Assembly: GCA_965237955.1 (NCBI GenBank)
Contig: OZ250169.1
Coordinates: forward strand, 8,000,001 to 8,064,000
Origin: Candidatus Marinacidobacterales bacterium
GTDB taxonomy: Bacteria; Acidobacteriota; Vicinamibacteria; Marinacidobacterales; SMYC01
DNA length: 64,000 nt
Direction of reading: 5' to 3'
Positions 29,889 to 40,246 of the stretch are shown piece after piece; within the stretch, counting starts at the first letter, position 1, and each line of letters begins with the position of its first letter. Both the position numbers and the translations under genes were made by a program. The notes below the pieces were generated by a model. It did not search any database. It had not been told where the DNA came from and saw only the letters and a list, made by a program, of their open reading frames with translations.

Positions 29889-32858
29889 ATGTTATTTAAG
29901 GCAATTGCTCAAGGTGGACCACGACGCGCCTTGGTGGTGGTGCCGCTGGCCCTTTTACTGGCCTGCGGGGCGGCCTTCGCGCAGGAAATCACCGGACAAA
30001 TCTACGGCAAGGTCACGGATGTTCAAGGGCTCGGGGTACCGGGCGCTACGGTGACGGTCACGAGTCCGGATCACATCAAGGCGGAAGTTCGAACAACGTC
30101 GGAACTGGGTACCTACCGTGTTCTGAGGCTACAGCCCTCGTCCAACTACACGGTGATGGTCGAGTTGACGGGATTCCAAACCGCTACCTATACAGAGATC
30201 ATCCTGCGGGCAGGGCAGGTCATTGCAATCGATGCGACGCTGTCCCCGTCCGGGGTGGAGGAGAGCGTGACCGTCGTTGGAACATCGCCGCTGGTCGACA
30301 TCAAGAGCTCGCAGGCGATGCGGACGCTCGAGCGGGAGCGGCTCGAGAACATCCCCCTGGGACGCGATTACGACGATCTCCTCACGTCGATGGCGGGCAT
30401 CATCGATACTGAGTATCAATTCGCTCCGGCACAATCGGTTCTCGGGAGCGACCCCCGGGGCAACCTGTACCTCATCGATGGAGCGGTCGCCAATGACACC
30501 ACGGTAGGCTACATTTTGACGGAAATCCCGATCGACATGATCGAGGAAGTCCAGGTAACGACCACGGGTCAAACGGCGGAGTTTGGCATGTCCCATGGCG
30601 GGGTTTTCAACTTCGTGACCAAGTCAGGAGGAAACGACCTCTCCGGTTCAGCGTACATGTTCTACAAAGGCGATAGCTTGGAGTGGGACAACCTCACGGC
30701 TGAGGAAGTGGAACAAGCTGGGGGGGTCGGAACGAGTGTGATCAAGGACCAGGACATAGGCGGAACTTTCGGGGGACCGATCAAGAAAGATGCTGTCTGG
30801 TTCTTCGGCAATCTCCGTCGGCTGAACCACTCGCTGCAACAACCCATCATCCCCACCCAGCCATTCGAGACCAATCAGACTCATTCGTTCTTCAAGATCA
30901 CGGCTCAGCTGGCCTCGGCCACCCGGTTATACGGCTCAATCACAACTCGGAATCAAGATAGGTATCCGTCCAACGTTACCAGTTTCAGAAACGCCGACGA
31001 CCCGTTGACCTGGCAGACCCAAAGGCGGAACCAGTATCTCTTCGGTTTCGGTCTGACGCACCTAATCGGCACCGATACCATTGTGGACGCAAGGTACAAC
31101 CGGCAGTGGAAAGAGTTTGTTCACGATATTCCCAACAACCCTGACGCGATCATCGGCTATACGGACGGGGTGACCGGATTGGAATTCGGGGGGCTCACCG
31201 GGGACCTATACCATATGATTTGCCGGTGCACGTGGGGAACGGGCGCTAATGTCTCGCACTTCATGGAGAACGCGAGTGGCTCACACGAGTTCAAGGTTGG
31301 CGTCTCCGTGGATTTCCCTAACTCCGAGCGGACGTTTACTTTCCCCAATAATGTCGACACCCGACAACAGCTTTCGAACGGAGCGGCCTATCGTATAACC
31401 AAGGAGTGGTTACCGAACACTCAATCCACGGGCATTGACCGCTTTTCATTCTTTGTGCAGGACCAATGGACGATCGGAGATCGGCTCACCCTGAACGTGG
31501 GACTACGCCACGTAACCACGGAAGGCTGGCTCCCCACCCAGAGTCGGGGTGGCGGCCGCTGGTTCCCCGTGGCCACCTTCCAGGAGGTCCGCGACGTCAT
31601 CAACTTTAGCACCTGGGCGCCGCGCCTTGGCATGGTGTACGCGCTGGGTGAGCAAAAAAGGACCTCTATCAAGGCCTACTACGGGCGACAGTTCAAGGCC
31701 CTCCTCACCCAGGATATGAGTTCCGTCGGACCCTCTTCAGGAGGAAGGGAGACCTACGAATGGAACGACTTCAATGGTGACCTCACATTCCAGGCGGGTG
31801 AGGAGGGGGACCTTCTCTCGAGTACCTTGAACCCCGTTATTAGAGATCGTTCGGACCTCGCCGACCCCGACATGACAGATTCCTACGTGGATTCGTTTCA
31901 CTTCACCGTCGAGCACGAGGTGAGTAGCAACATGGTGGCCTCGGTGCAAGCAACCATTAAGAGGGAGCGTAACCTCCTCGAGACGATTGTTATTCGGAGC
32001 TCAGGAGACCAAACAAACCCGTTTAATGATTACCGTACGCTTGGCGTGACCAACCAGAGCACCGGCGAGCCTGACACCATCTTTGTCCTGCGGCCGGAAT
32101 TCCGGGGAGACTCGAGTAGAACGGTGATGACCAACCCCAGCTTTGCGGACGAAATTTACCGAGACTACAACGGAATTGAGTTTGCCGTACGAAGGCGCTT
32201 TCGTGACGGCTGGCAATTGATGGCCGCCTACAACTTTAGCTCAAGCACGGGCAACGTCGCCAATGACTTCCAAGGCACGACGACCAGGAACCGGATATAC
32301 AATAGCCCCAATGAGTTCATCAGAGCTATTGGCCCTCTCGCCCTGGACGCTCCCCACCAGTTCAAGCTCCAGGGGACCTATACCTTGCCCTACGATGTTC
32401 TCCTGAGCGGCTTCTACCAGGCCCAGACCGGTTTTCCCATCAAGTTAATCGAAAGTGACCAATCCATTCAGGGATCCCACAAGCAGCGCTTCTACCCGCT
32501 CTGCCCCTCCGGTAGTGCTGGCGGCGGAGCGAAAGGAGACGGCGGCGGTGGTGGCGGTTGCCAGCAGCCTCCGCTGGGTATTCCCGGAATCGTGGTGGAG
32601 GGCAACATCGATTCGGCTGCACTGCAAGCCGGTGGCATACGCCACGACTTCAGACACAAGATCGACGTCCGATTGGAAAAGCAGTTTCCGTTCGGGGACC
32701 GAATGAAACTGGGGCTCATCTTGGATGTCTTCAATCTAGGCAACGTCAGCCGGATTCAATCCTATAAGTCACTGCAAATAGATAACTCCAATTTCCTGAT
32801 TCCAGCGTCGTTCGAAGCACCCCGTATTTTAAGATTGGGAGTGCGCTTCAATTTTTGA
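29889..32858 (+). CDS. TonB-dependent receptor, Oar-like, with N-terminal carboxypeptidase-regulatory-like domain
   Basis: Signal peptide, ITGQIYGKVTD...VPGA, VTKSGGN, FVQDQW, WAPRLG, C-terminal LGVRFNF. Confidence 0.93.
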   Translation: MLFKAIAQGGPRRALVVVPLALLLACGAAFAQEITGQIYGKVTDVQGLGVPGATVTVTSPDHIKAEVRTTSELGTYRVLRLQPSSNYTVMVELTGFQTATYTEIILRAGQVIAIDATLSPSGVEESVTVVGTSPLVDIKSSQAMRTLERERLENIPLGRDYDDLLTSMAGIIDTEYQFAPAQSVLGSDPRGNLYLIDGAVANDTTVGYILTEIPIDMIEEVQVTTTGQTAEFGMSHGGVFNFVTKSGGNDLSGSAYMFYKGDSLEWDNLTAEEVEQAGGVGTSVIKDQDIGGTFGGPIKKDAVWFFGNLRRLNHSLQQPIIPTQPFETNQTHSFFKITAQLASATRLYGSITTRNQDRYPSNVTSFRNADDPLTWQTQRRNQYLFGFGLTHLIGTDTIVDARYNRQWKEFVHDIPNNPDAIIGYTDGVTGLEFGGLTGDLYHMICRCTWGTGANVSHFMENASGSHEFKVGVSVDFPNSERTFTFPNNVDTRQQLSNGAAYRITKEWLPNTQSTGIDRFSFFVQDQWTIGDRLTLNVGLRHVTTEGWLPTQSRGGGRWFPVATFQEVRDVINFSTWAPRLGMVYALGEQKRTSIKAYYGRQFKALLTQDMSSVGPSSGGRETYEWNDFNGDLTFQAGEEGDLLSSTLNPVIRDRSDLADPDMTDSYVDSFHFTVEHEVSSNMVASVQATIKRERNLLETIVIRSSGDQTNPFNDYRTLGVTNQSTGEPDTIFVLRPEFRGDSSRTVMTNPSFADEIYRDYNGIEFAVRRRFRDGWQLMAAYNFSSSTGNVANDFQGTTTRNRIYNSPNEFIRAIGPLALDAPHQFKLQGTYTLPYDVLLSGFYQAQTGFPIKLIESDQSIQGSHKQRFYPLCPSGSAGGGAKGDGGGGGGCQQPPLGIPGIVVEGNIDSAALQAGGIRHDFRHKIDVRLEKQFPFGDRMKLGLILDVFNLGNVSRIQSYKSLQIDNSNFLIPASFEAPRILRLGVRFNF

Positions 32859-32911
32859 CCAGGGTTAGAAGTTTGAAAAGACGTAAGCTCTAGTCTCGAA
32901 GCACCGACTCG

Positions 32912-32945
32912 AAACGGGGCGCCAGTTGGCGCCCCGTTTTTTTTT
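32912..32945 (+). terminator. Rho-independent terminator
   Basis: AAACGGGGCGCCA-GT-TGGCGCCCCGTTT followed by a T run. Confidence 0.9.
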
Positions 32946-33080
32946 GCTCGTTTTTGACCCCGGTGGCTGTCGCTGGGTACTCGGGGGGGTGAGTATAATG
33001 GGGCGAGTCTACGGGCCGTTATGAATGATGGGCAGGGTGTTCCCGTAACCCCCCACCTGTAAAGGATTAGGAGTCGCAGC

Positions 33081-33673
33081 GTGTTACCGAGCGGACGGAC
33101 GACTCGGCGGATGGTAACGGTCTTTTTGGCCGTGGCGGTGGCACTGCTACGCTTTGGAGAGGCGGGGTTATCGACGCAGTGGTCATTGCTCGATTTGGAG
33201 GGTCGACAGGTCGACCCCCTAAAGCAGACGGATGCCAAAGCGACCGTCTTTCTCTTCACCCGTACCGATTGTCCGATCTCGAACCGTTACACACCGGAGC
33301 TCCAACGACTGCAAGCGAAGTTCCGTCGGACAACGTCCGGTTCTGGCTCGTGTATTCCGATCCGGACGAATCGGTGAAAGCCATTCGTGAGCATGTGAAG
33401 GAATACGGTTACTCCTGGGGTGTTCTGCGCGATCTGCAACACGGGCTGGTCAGGAAAACCCAGGTGAGGGTGACACCGGAGGCTGCCGTCTTCGTGAGTG
33501 GGCGGATGGTGTATCGCGGCCGTATTGATGACCGCTACGTCGATTTTGGCAAGGCACGGGCGAAACCGACCCAACACGATCTCGAGCAAGCCCTACAGGC
33601 GATCCTCGAGGGGAGGCCGGTGGAACGCGCCATGACCCCTGCCGTCGGCTGCTTTATCCCGGATTTGCAATGA
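33081..33673 (+). pseudogene. Redoxin/AhpC-TSA family protein, frameshift near 33325
   Basis: TDCPISNRY in one frame; VTPEAAV...YRGRIDDRY...AVGCFI in another. Confidence 0.8.
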
Positions 33674-35613
33674 CCCGCTCGGCCCACTTAGCCCTCGCAA
33701 TACTCATCTTCCCAGGCGTCGTTGTATTCGGCGCTACGAAAGGAGTGCGATCTCAGAACGCGAGCCTTCTAGGCTCTTCAAGCAGGTTGACGTTCAACAA
33801 GGATATTGCGCCGATTGTGTTTGAAAACTGTGCAGCGTGTCATCGCCCCGGTGAGCCGGCACCCTTCAGCTTGTTGAGCTACCAAGATGTGCGCAAACGG
33901 GCCAGACAGATTGCGGTCGTCACCGGAAGTCGGTTCATGCCACCTTGGCTGCCCGAAGAAGGATACGGCGAATTCCTGGGCCAGCGCCGCCTCACGTCCG
34001 ACCAAATCGCCACCTTCCGCAAGTGGGTCGAGGACGGCGCCCTGGAGGGAGACCCGGATGATTTGCCCCCACTGCCGCAGTTTACCGAGGGCTGGCAACT
34101 CGGCGAACCGGATCTGGTGATCGAAATGGCTGAGCCTTACACTCTGCCGGCCGGGGATCGAGATGTGTTTCGCAGCTTCGTGATCCCGATACCGTTACCG
34201 ACCAGGAAATACGTGAGAGCCGTCGAATTTCGAGGAGGGAATCCGCGAATCGTCCATCACACCGTAATGCAAATTGATAAAACGCGTTCGACCCGATATC
34301 TCGATGAACAAGATCCCGAGCCGGGCTATGAGGGCATGTATCCTGGAGACGCCAGTAGCCCCGACGGCCAATTCTTGGGCTGGACACCGGGCAAGGTCCC
34401 GATGGCCGCCCCCGAGGGTATGGCCTGGCGCCTGGAGAAAGGCAGCGACCTTCTCCTCAAGGTGCACCTTCTGCCCAGCGGCAAGCCAGAGGTGGTTCGC
34501 TGCGCGGTAGGATTCTACTTTACCGAGAAGGCACCCACGCGCATTCCTCTCGGACTCAGGCTTGGCTCCCATACCATCGACATTCCTGCCGGAAAGAAAG
34601 ACTATACGATCAAAGACTCCTTCGAGTTGCCAGTCGACGTGGAGGTGCTCGGCGTGTACCCGCATGCCCATTACCTGGCACGGGACATGAAAGGCTATGC
34701 CACGCTTGCCGATGGCACGACGAGGTGGCTCATCCGTATCAAGGAATGGGATTTCAACTGGCAGGACGAGTATCGATTCGCCGAGCCGGTGTTCTTACCC
34801 CGGGGTACCAAGCTCGAAATGGAATACACCTACGACAACTCCTCCGACAATGTGTTCAACCCGCACCATCCTCCCCGGCGTGTGGTATTCGGTCCGCACT
34901 CATCGGATGAGATGGGGGACTTGTGGTTTCAGCTGGTGCCTACCGATAGCGCCGAGCTGGCGATTCTGAAACGCGATTTCGCGATAAAGGATCACCGGGC
35001 GCGCCTCGACGGCTACAAACATCGAATTCGCACCACTCCCGGAGATGCCCAACCACACTATGACCTGGGCATCATGCTATCGGCTCGAGGTAAGCGAGAG
35101 GAAGCGATTCGACATTATCGTCGCGCCGTCGAGATCAAACCAGACTTTGCCCTAGCGCACAACAACCTGGGCCACGTGCTGCTGGCGCAGCGCAAGACGG
35201 ACGAGGCGATGAAGCTCTTTCGTTACGCTTTGCGAGTCGATCCGGACCTGGCTCTAGCACACAACAATCTCGGTGTCGCACTGTTGATGCAGGGGGATAG
35301 CGAGGAAGCGATCCGGCATTTTCGTAGTGCCCTGCGGGCCTGGCCCGACTTCGCTGATGTGCACCACAACTTGGGCAAGGCCCTGTTGCTCCAGGGTAGC
35401 GGCGAAGAAGCGATCGGTCACTATCGTCAGGCCGTGTCAATCAAGCCCGACTCGGTTCTGGCGCACTTGAGCCTCGGCAACGCTCTCGCCCGACAAGGGA
35501 TTTTGGTCGAGGCCGCGGCCCACTATGAACGGGTGCTGCAGATCCAACCCGGCCATGTCAAAGCACAAAAAAACCTAAAACTGGTTAGGTCGCATCTCGA
35601 GAAGAACCGCTAG
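33670..35613 (+). CDS. Secreted cytochrome c + copper type II monooxygenase (PHM-like) + TPR protein
   Basis: CAACH heme motif, IVHH, PHAH, WDFNWQ, DEM; C-terminal AHNNLG TPR repeats. Confidence 0.85.
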   Translation: MTRSAHLALAILIFPGVVVFGATKGVRSQNASLLGSSSRLTFNKDIAPIVFENCAACHRPGEPAPFSLLSYQDVRKRARQIAVVTGSRFMPPWLPEEGYGEFLGQRRLTSDQIATFRKWVEDGALEGDPDDLPPLPQFTEGWQLGEPDLVIEMAEPYTLPAGDRDVFRSFVIPIPLPTRKYVRAVEFRGGNPRIVHHTVMQIDKTRSTRYLDEQDPEPGYEGMYPGDASSPDGQFLGWTPGKVPMAAPEGMAWRLEKGSDLLLKVHLLPSGKPEVVRCAVGFYFTEKAPTRIPLGLRLGSHTIDIPAGKKDYTIKDSFELPVDVEVLGVYPHAHYLARDMKGYATLADGTTRWLIRIKEWDFNWQDEYRFAEPVFLPRGTKLEMEYTYDNSSDNVFNPHHPPRRVVFGPHSSDEMGDLWFQLVPTDSAELAILKRDFAIKDHRARLDGYKHRIRTTPGDAQPHYDLGIMLSARGKREEAIRHYRRAVEIKPDFALAHNNLGHVLLAQRKTDEAMKLFRYALRVDPDLALAHNNLGVALLMQGDSEEAIRHFRSALRAWPDFADVHHNLGKALLLQGSGEEAIGHYRQAVSIKPDSVLAHLSLGNALARQGILVEAAAHYERVLQIQPGHVKAQKNLKLVRSHLEKNR

Positions 35614-35634
35614 CTCAGAACTCCGTTGACCGAG

Positions 35635-35776
35635 GGAACACGTCCATCCTCACGCCTCGCCATTTGTTCGTAACGGCCAGGAGGACGGCGTAGCTGATTT
35701 TCACAGCGGCGTCCTCGGTGAAGAAGTGAGGAATGACCTTCGTCCGACGCTTATGCTCTCCGAAGGTACGCTCGAG
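35635..35776 (-). pseudogene. IS256 transposase C-terminal fragment
   Basis: LERTFGEHKRRTKVIPHFFTEDAAVKISYAVL. Confidence 0.65.
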
Positions 35777-36523
35777 TGCGTATTCCGAGCACCGCTACTC
35801 AGTACCGAGCGGCCTCTTATCCAATACCCTATACTCTGACCTGTTCACTTACTACGGATCTCAGCATGGGTAGGTGCGGAGTGACGAACCCATGACTGCG
35901 TTCACCCGGCGCCGCGCGTCCGCAGCTGCCGTGGTTCTCCTGCTGGTTGGAGGTGTCGTCTGGTGCGCCCAGGCAATTCGCAAGGCAGAGCGGCCGAGTG
36001 GAGACGACCTGGTAAGCTACCTTGCGTCGTCCACAGCGCTGTACTCCGGCTCGGACCCGTATAACACTGGTAGCCAGTTTCCCTACATCTACCCGTTGTT
36101 GCTGGCCACGCTCATCAGGCCGTTGGCCGAGCTCCCCCCCCGCACCGTAGCGGTCCTGTGGTTCATGCTTTCGTCGGCGTGCCTGCTGTACGTCGTGAAT
36201 GCCGCTGCCCGTTGTCCGGGGCGGGCGCGCACTTTTGGCGTTCTCGCCCTCGCTGGCGTCGTTGCGGTTTTCGGTGACGTAATCCACAGAACGAGTTGCT
36301 GAACGGGCAGGTGAACCTGCTGGTGCTGGCGCTGGTCGTGGCCTCAGTGCGATTGGCGAACAGACCACATGCAGCGCCCGCTCTGCTTGGTGCTGCGATC
36401 GCGCTCAAACTCACGCCTGCGCTGCTGCTCATCTACTGGTGCGTCAAGGGCCGCTTCCAGTATGCCGTCCAGGTTGTGCTCTGGGCGGCAGTCTTTATGC
36501 TTGCGCCCTGGCTCGTAGTGCAG

Positions 36524-37968
36524 GGAGGTGCCCCCACCATAGTTGGAGGTTCGAGGTGGTGGCGGCTCCTGACACATGGTTTACCCGACTTTGGCGTGCT
36601 TGTCGAGCGCTTGATTCTCAGTGACCTCCGCTAACTTCGCTTCGAGGATAGGTAGCGATTGGTATCCAATGATACGACGGAAATTTTTCTCCGTGGCGAG
36701 CAGAGCCGAAGCGGCCCATCTCAGAACCATCTTGCCATTGCGCCAGCGGGTGACGCGACGGGTACGACCTCGCGCACCGCTGAAGCACGACTCGATGATG
36801 TTCGTCGATCCAAGGCAGCGTTTCAGAGATGCGGGGAGGTCGAGCTCGTTGATGGTGAACATCTCGTCGAGCCCCTCCCGGATGCTCTCCGCCGCCGAGG
36901 GGTAGTCGTCCTCGAGCCACTTCGCCTGTTGCTCCAACCGCGCTTTGCCCTTCTTTGCTGGGAGCTGCCAGGCCGAACGCAGGCTCGCTTGCACTTGCGG
37001 CTTCAGCTCCTGCGGCAGATAACCGAGCACATTGCGCTCCTTGTGCTTCCTGCAACGCTGGACCTTGTTGTGGGTACCGAACACAGCGTCGACGGCGACC
37101 CGTAGCGCCTTGGAGCCATCGATCACGAACAGCCGACACCGCTCTGGGCTCAGGCCTCGTTCGACCAGGTCCTCCAGCAGCGCCTTGCACACTATCTGGT
37201 TCTCCGATGCTCCATCCCGAAGCCCCAGAACATGCTTGTATCCCTCTGTATCTACGCCGATTGCCGCCAGCGCGTGGTGCTCGCCGAAGCGAATCCCGTC
37301 CAGGTACACGACCGCGATCTCCAGCTCGTCCAGCGGATGCTCCATCAGCCCCTGCAACTGCTCCGCGCTTGCTTCCACGAACTCACGGCTCACCTCGCTC
37401 TTGCTAACCCCTACCGTCTCCGCCATCTCGGGAAGAACCGACGCGTACTTGCGCGTCGACACACCCAGCATCAGGATTTCCCAGATGCGTTGGCTCAGCC
37501 GAGACGAGTTGTTCACCGCTTCGTAGGCAGGAATCGCAACCTCCCCTCCCTCTGCCTTTCCCTTACGCCGCAGACGTGGCCGGCTCACTCTCAACTTCCG
37601 CTCCGCAAGGCTTACTACGCCACCCTGCCGGCCGTGCCAGCGAACATCGCTACCCTTCTTCCCCGGGTGTTTCTCCCCAGCCACACTTTGGGCTGACAGA
37701 TCCAAGACCGCTTCGATCGTCGCTCGGCCAGCAACGTCGATCACTTCGTCGATCGCTATCTCGGTTCGCTCAATCGCATCCAAGAACGGCAACAGAGCTT
37801 GCCCCTTCGAGCTCAGTATCTCTCGAAGCTTCTTCCTGTTCTTCGCATCGATGATTTGGTGATTTGACATCGTGGTGGCTCCTTTCTTTTTCCTTCACAG
37901 CCGGATTCTATCGAACCCGGCCTTAGGAGCCGCCACTCCTAACCTTCAACTATCTCAGGGGCATCTCC
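36524..37968 (-). mobile_element. IS256-family element (type alpha), copy 2, intact
   Basis: 8-bp TSD TAGTGCAG (36516-36523, 37969-37976); same IRs as 13798-15243. Confidence 0.95.
36581..37870 (-). CDS. IS256 transposase
   Basis: GVSTRKY, VYLDG, VIDGSKAL, QRCRKHK, STNIIES. Confidence 0.93.
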   Translation of the reverse strand: MSNHQIIDAKNRKKLREILSSKGQALLPFLDAIERTEIAIDEVIDVAGRATIEAVLDLSAQSVAGEKHPGKKGSDVRWHGRQGGVVSLAERKLRVSRPRLRRKGKAEGGEVAIPAYEAVNNSSRLSQRIWEILMLGVSTRKYASVLPEMAETVGVSKSEVSREFVEASAEQLQGLMEHPLDELEIAVVYLDGIRFGEHHALAAIGVDTEGYKHVLGLRDGASENQIVCKALLEDLVERGLSPERCRLFVIDGSKALRVAVDAVFGTHNKVQRCRKHKERNVLGYLPQELKPQVQASLRSAWQLPAKKGKARLEQQAKWLEDDYPSAAESIREGLDEMFTINELDLPASLKRCLGSTNIIESCFSGARGRTRRVTRWRNGKMVLRWAASALLATEKNFRRIIGYQSLPILEAKLAEVTENQALDKHAKVG

Positions 37969-38617
37969 TAGTGCAGAATGCCTTGTGGCTTCTCTATGCG
38001 GGCTATCTCAGCGACTTCGCACTCGCGCGATTGTCGGTGCCGCAAGGCCAAGGCCCGGGACTCTTCTTCACGATCTACGGTTTCTGGTCATGGCTGACAG
38101 GAACGCATCCCGCGGACCCGCTGCTCATTCTCAGCACGGCCCTAGGCACGGCGGTAGCCCTGGCAGTCTGGCACCGCCGGATGCTCACGAGGAGGCAAGC
38201 GATCCTAAACGACTCGCCTGCGGCTTGGGTCTACATAGCGGCAGTTCCGCTGCTCAGCCCGATGTCTGAAGTGCACCATCTCACCTCACTGCTTCCAGCC
38301 GCAGCATACAGCGTAGCTGCATGCGCCGGATATGTCGAGAAGGCGGGCCTCGTCCTGTCGGCAGTACTCCTTTGGCTTGGTTGGCTCGACCCCACGGGCC
38401 CCTGGTACTTCCTTGCAGTGCTCGCACTGATCAGCTCGGCTGCTGTCGTGCTGTCCCGCGTGTCAGACCAGGCGGCGCCCGCTGAACTACTGTCGCCCGC
38501 GTAGCAGTATCCCCGGTGCTTGCGCTGTTCGCTTCTTGAAGCCAAGAAATACCGTGTTCGTCTTCACGCGGTCCGTCACATGGTAGAAGAGGGTTTCCGA
38601 GAAAACGACATTCTGAC

Positions 38618-40246
38618 GGAGGTGCTCGAGCGGTGTAAAAATTGGAAGACTATCCGGATGATTCGCGGTGTTTACTAATTGGACATTTTTCGATGATTGA
38701 CAACGTCAGCTCGCCCTTGGGGGATGTCCCGGCCGCTGGTCGGGTAGCGGCGGCACCTGTGAATACTCTTAGGCAGCAAACTCATCGCTGTCAAGAGATT
38801 TCTGTTTGCTTCTAAGCGCGTGAACGAGAGCGCCCATATGGCGATAGCCTTTGATACGCCGGAACTCTTTCTGCGCGGTGACGACGCCAAGAGCGGTCCA
38901 TCGGCGAACCATGGAAGGACTCTTCCAACGCTTGACGTTTCTCGATACTCTGCGAATGGTTCCGTTGAGATTCTCAATGGCGTTCGTCGTGGCAAGAGAC
39001 TGGCGAAGTAAGGCGGGCAGCGCGAGCTTCACGACCGTGAGTGTCTCTTCCATCCCTTCACGAAGGCTTCCGGCAGCTTCGTCGTAGCCGTTTCGCTCGA
39101 GCCACGACACCAATACCTGAAGTCGCTTGCGCGCCTTGTCGGCACTCTTGCACTTGTAGGCTTCCTTCATCGTCTGGAGCACGTAGGCGTGACGAGACTC
39201 TGGGAAGGTACGAGCGAAGATTTCGGAGTTTATGGATCTGGCACCTTTGGATGACCGCGAGGTCCCCAAAAACGTCGACGAGTGCCTTGCGGATGCCTTT
39301 GCCTCCGTCCACTACGCAGAGAATCGACGCATCGACGCGCAAGCCTCGCTCGAGAAGGTCCTGCAACATCGCGGTGCACACCCGAGAGTTCTCCGTCGAG
39401 CCCAGCCATATACCCAGGGGCACCTTCGTTCCATCTATTGTGATACCGAGAGTTACGACGACGGTCTGTCCGGCCACCTCAAGGCCATCCAGCATCAGTG
39501 CCGCAAGCTCGAACTCCTCTAGCCGCCGAGACAGGTATTCCTCGAGCTTCTTAGTCGTCTGGCTCACGAGGTGACGGCTGGCGGCACTCTTACTCGTGCC
39601 ACGAGACTTCAACTTGGCCGCGGGTTTGTCCAGACTCGATTCGTAATTTCGGGTCGATACCCCCATCAAGATCTGATTCAACACTCGCTCTGGAAGCGGG
39701 TCTTCTTCGCGGAAGGCTTCGAAGTGTGGAAGCGACGCCTCCTCGCCCGACTTCGAGCGAACTCGAGGTCGCGACACTTGGATGCGACGACCACCGAAGC
39801 TCAGCTCTCCGTTCGTGCTCCCCCAGTGGTTATGAGTTCGCTCCTTCTCGTGCTTGCCCTTGAGCCCCGCGATCTCCTCGGCGTCCTCTCTGAGCAGTAG
39901 GTGCAGAGCTGTCAGTCCTTGCTCGTACACCCATTCCGTCAGATCCGCCTTCGTGGCCGCGATCCCAGCTATCATCGGTAGCAGTATCTGACCGACTTGG
40001 CCAACTACCTTGCCCGTAGGCGAGTGCGTTTGCTTTCTTACTGGCTTCTTTGATTTCCTAGTCCCCTGGATCTTTGATTACTATACAAAGTTAGGCTTTT
40101 CGCCAGCCCATAAGATTCATAAGATTCATGCACTTAGAAGGGTTTCGGCAAGCTCTGTTTTATCTAGTTTGTTCTGATACAGGGGACTAGGCATTGGTGG
40201 CTCCTTGTCCCCCTCTGGAGACGGTTTATTGGCAGACCTATTCTTA
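38618..40246 (-). mobile_element. IS256-family element (type gamma), inactivated
   Basis: LMLDG, VVDGGKGI, QRCQIHK, TTNAIE; frameshift near 39200; MITE after codon 2; left end lost to ISAzo13; right end approximate. Confidence 0.8.
40058..40190 (+). mobile_element. 133-bp CTAG MITE, copy 3
   Basis: Same termini; removal restores ATG CCT AGG AAA... of the IS256 transposase. Confidence 0.93.

Larger units (their letters stand above)
35874..38504 (+). pseudogene. GT87/DUF2029 glycosyltransferase, frameshifted near 36290 and interrupted by IS256
   Basis: DPY...YIYP, LNGQVN, ALKLTP, LLSPMSEVHH; frame continues WLVVQ|NALW across the IS. Confidence 0.85.

Noticed and set aside
35777-35794. IS21 end remnant TGCGTATTCCGAGCACCG
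   Set aside because: Only 11 bp match exactly; suggestive because it abuts an IS256 fragment, but too short to call.
13798-37968. Composite transposon or inversion between the inverted IS256-alpha copies
   Set aside because: Each copy keeps its own matching 8-bp TSD inside a reconstructable gene, so they are independent insertions.
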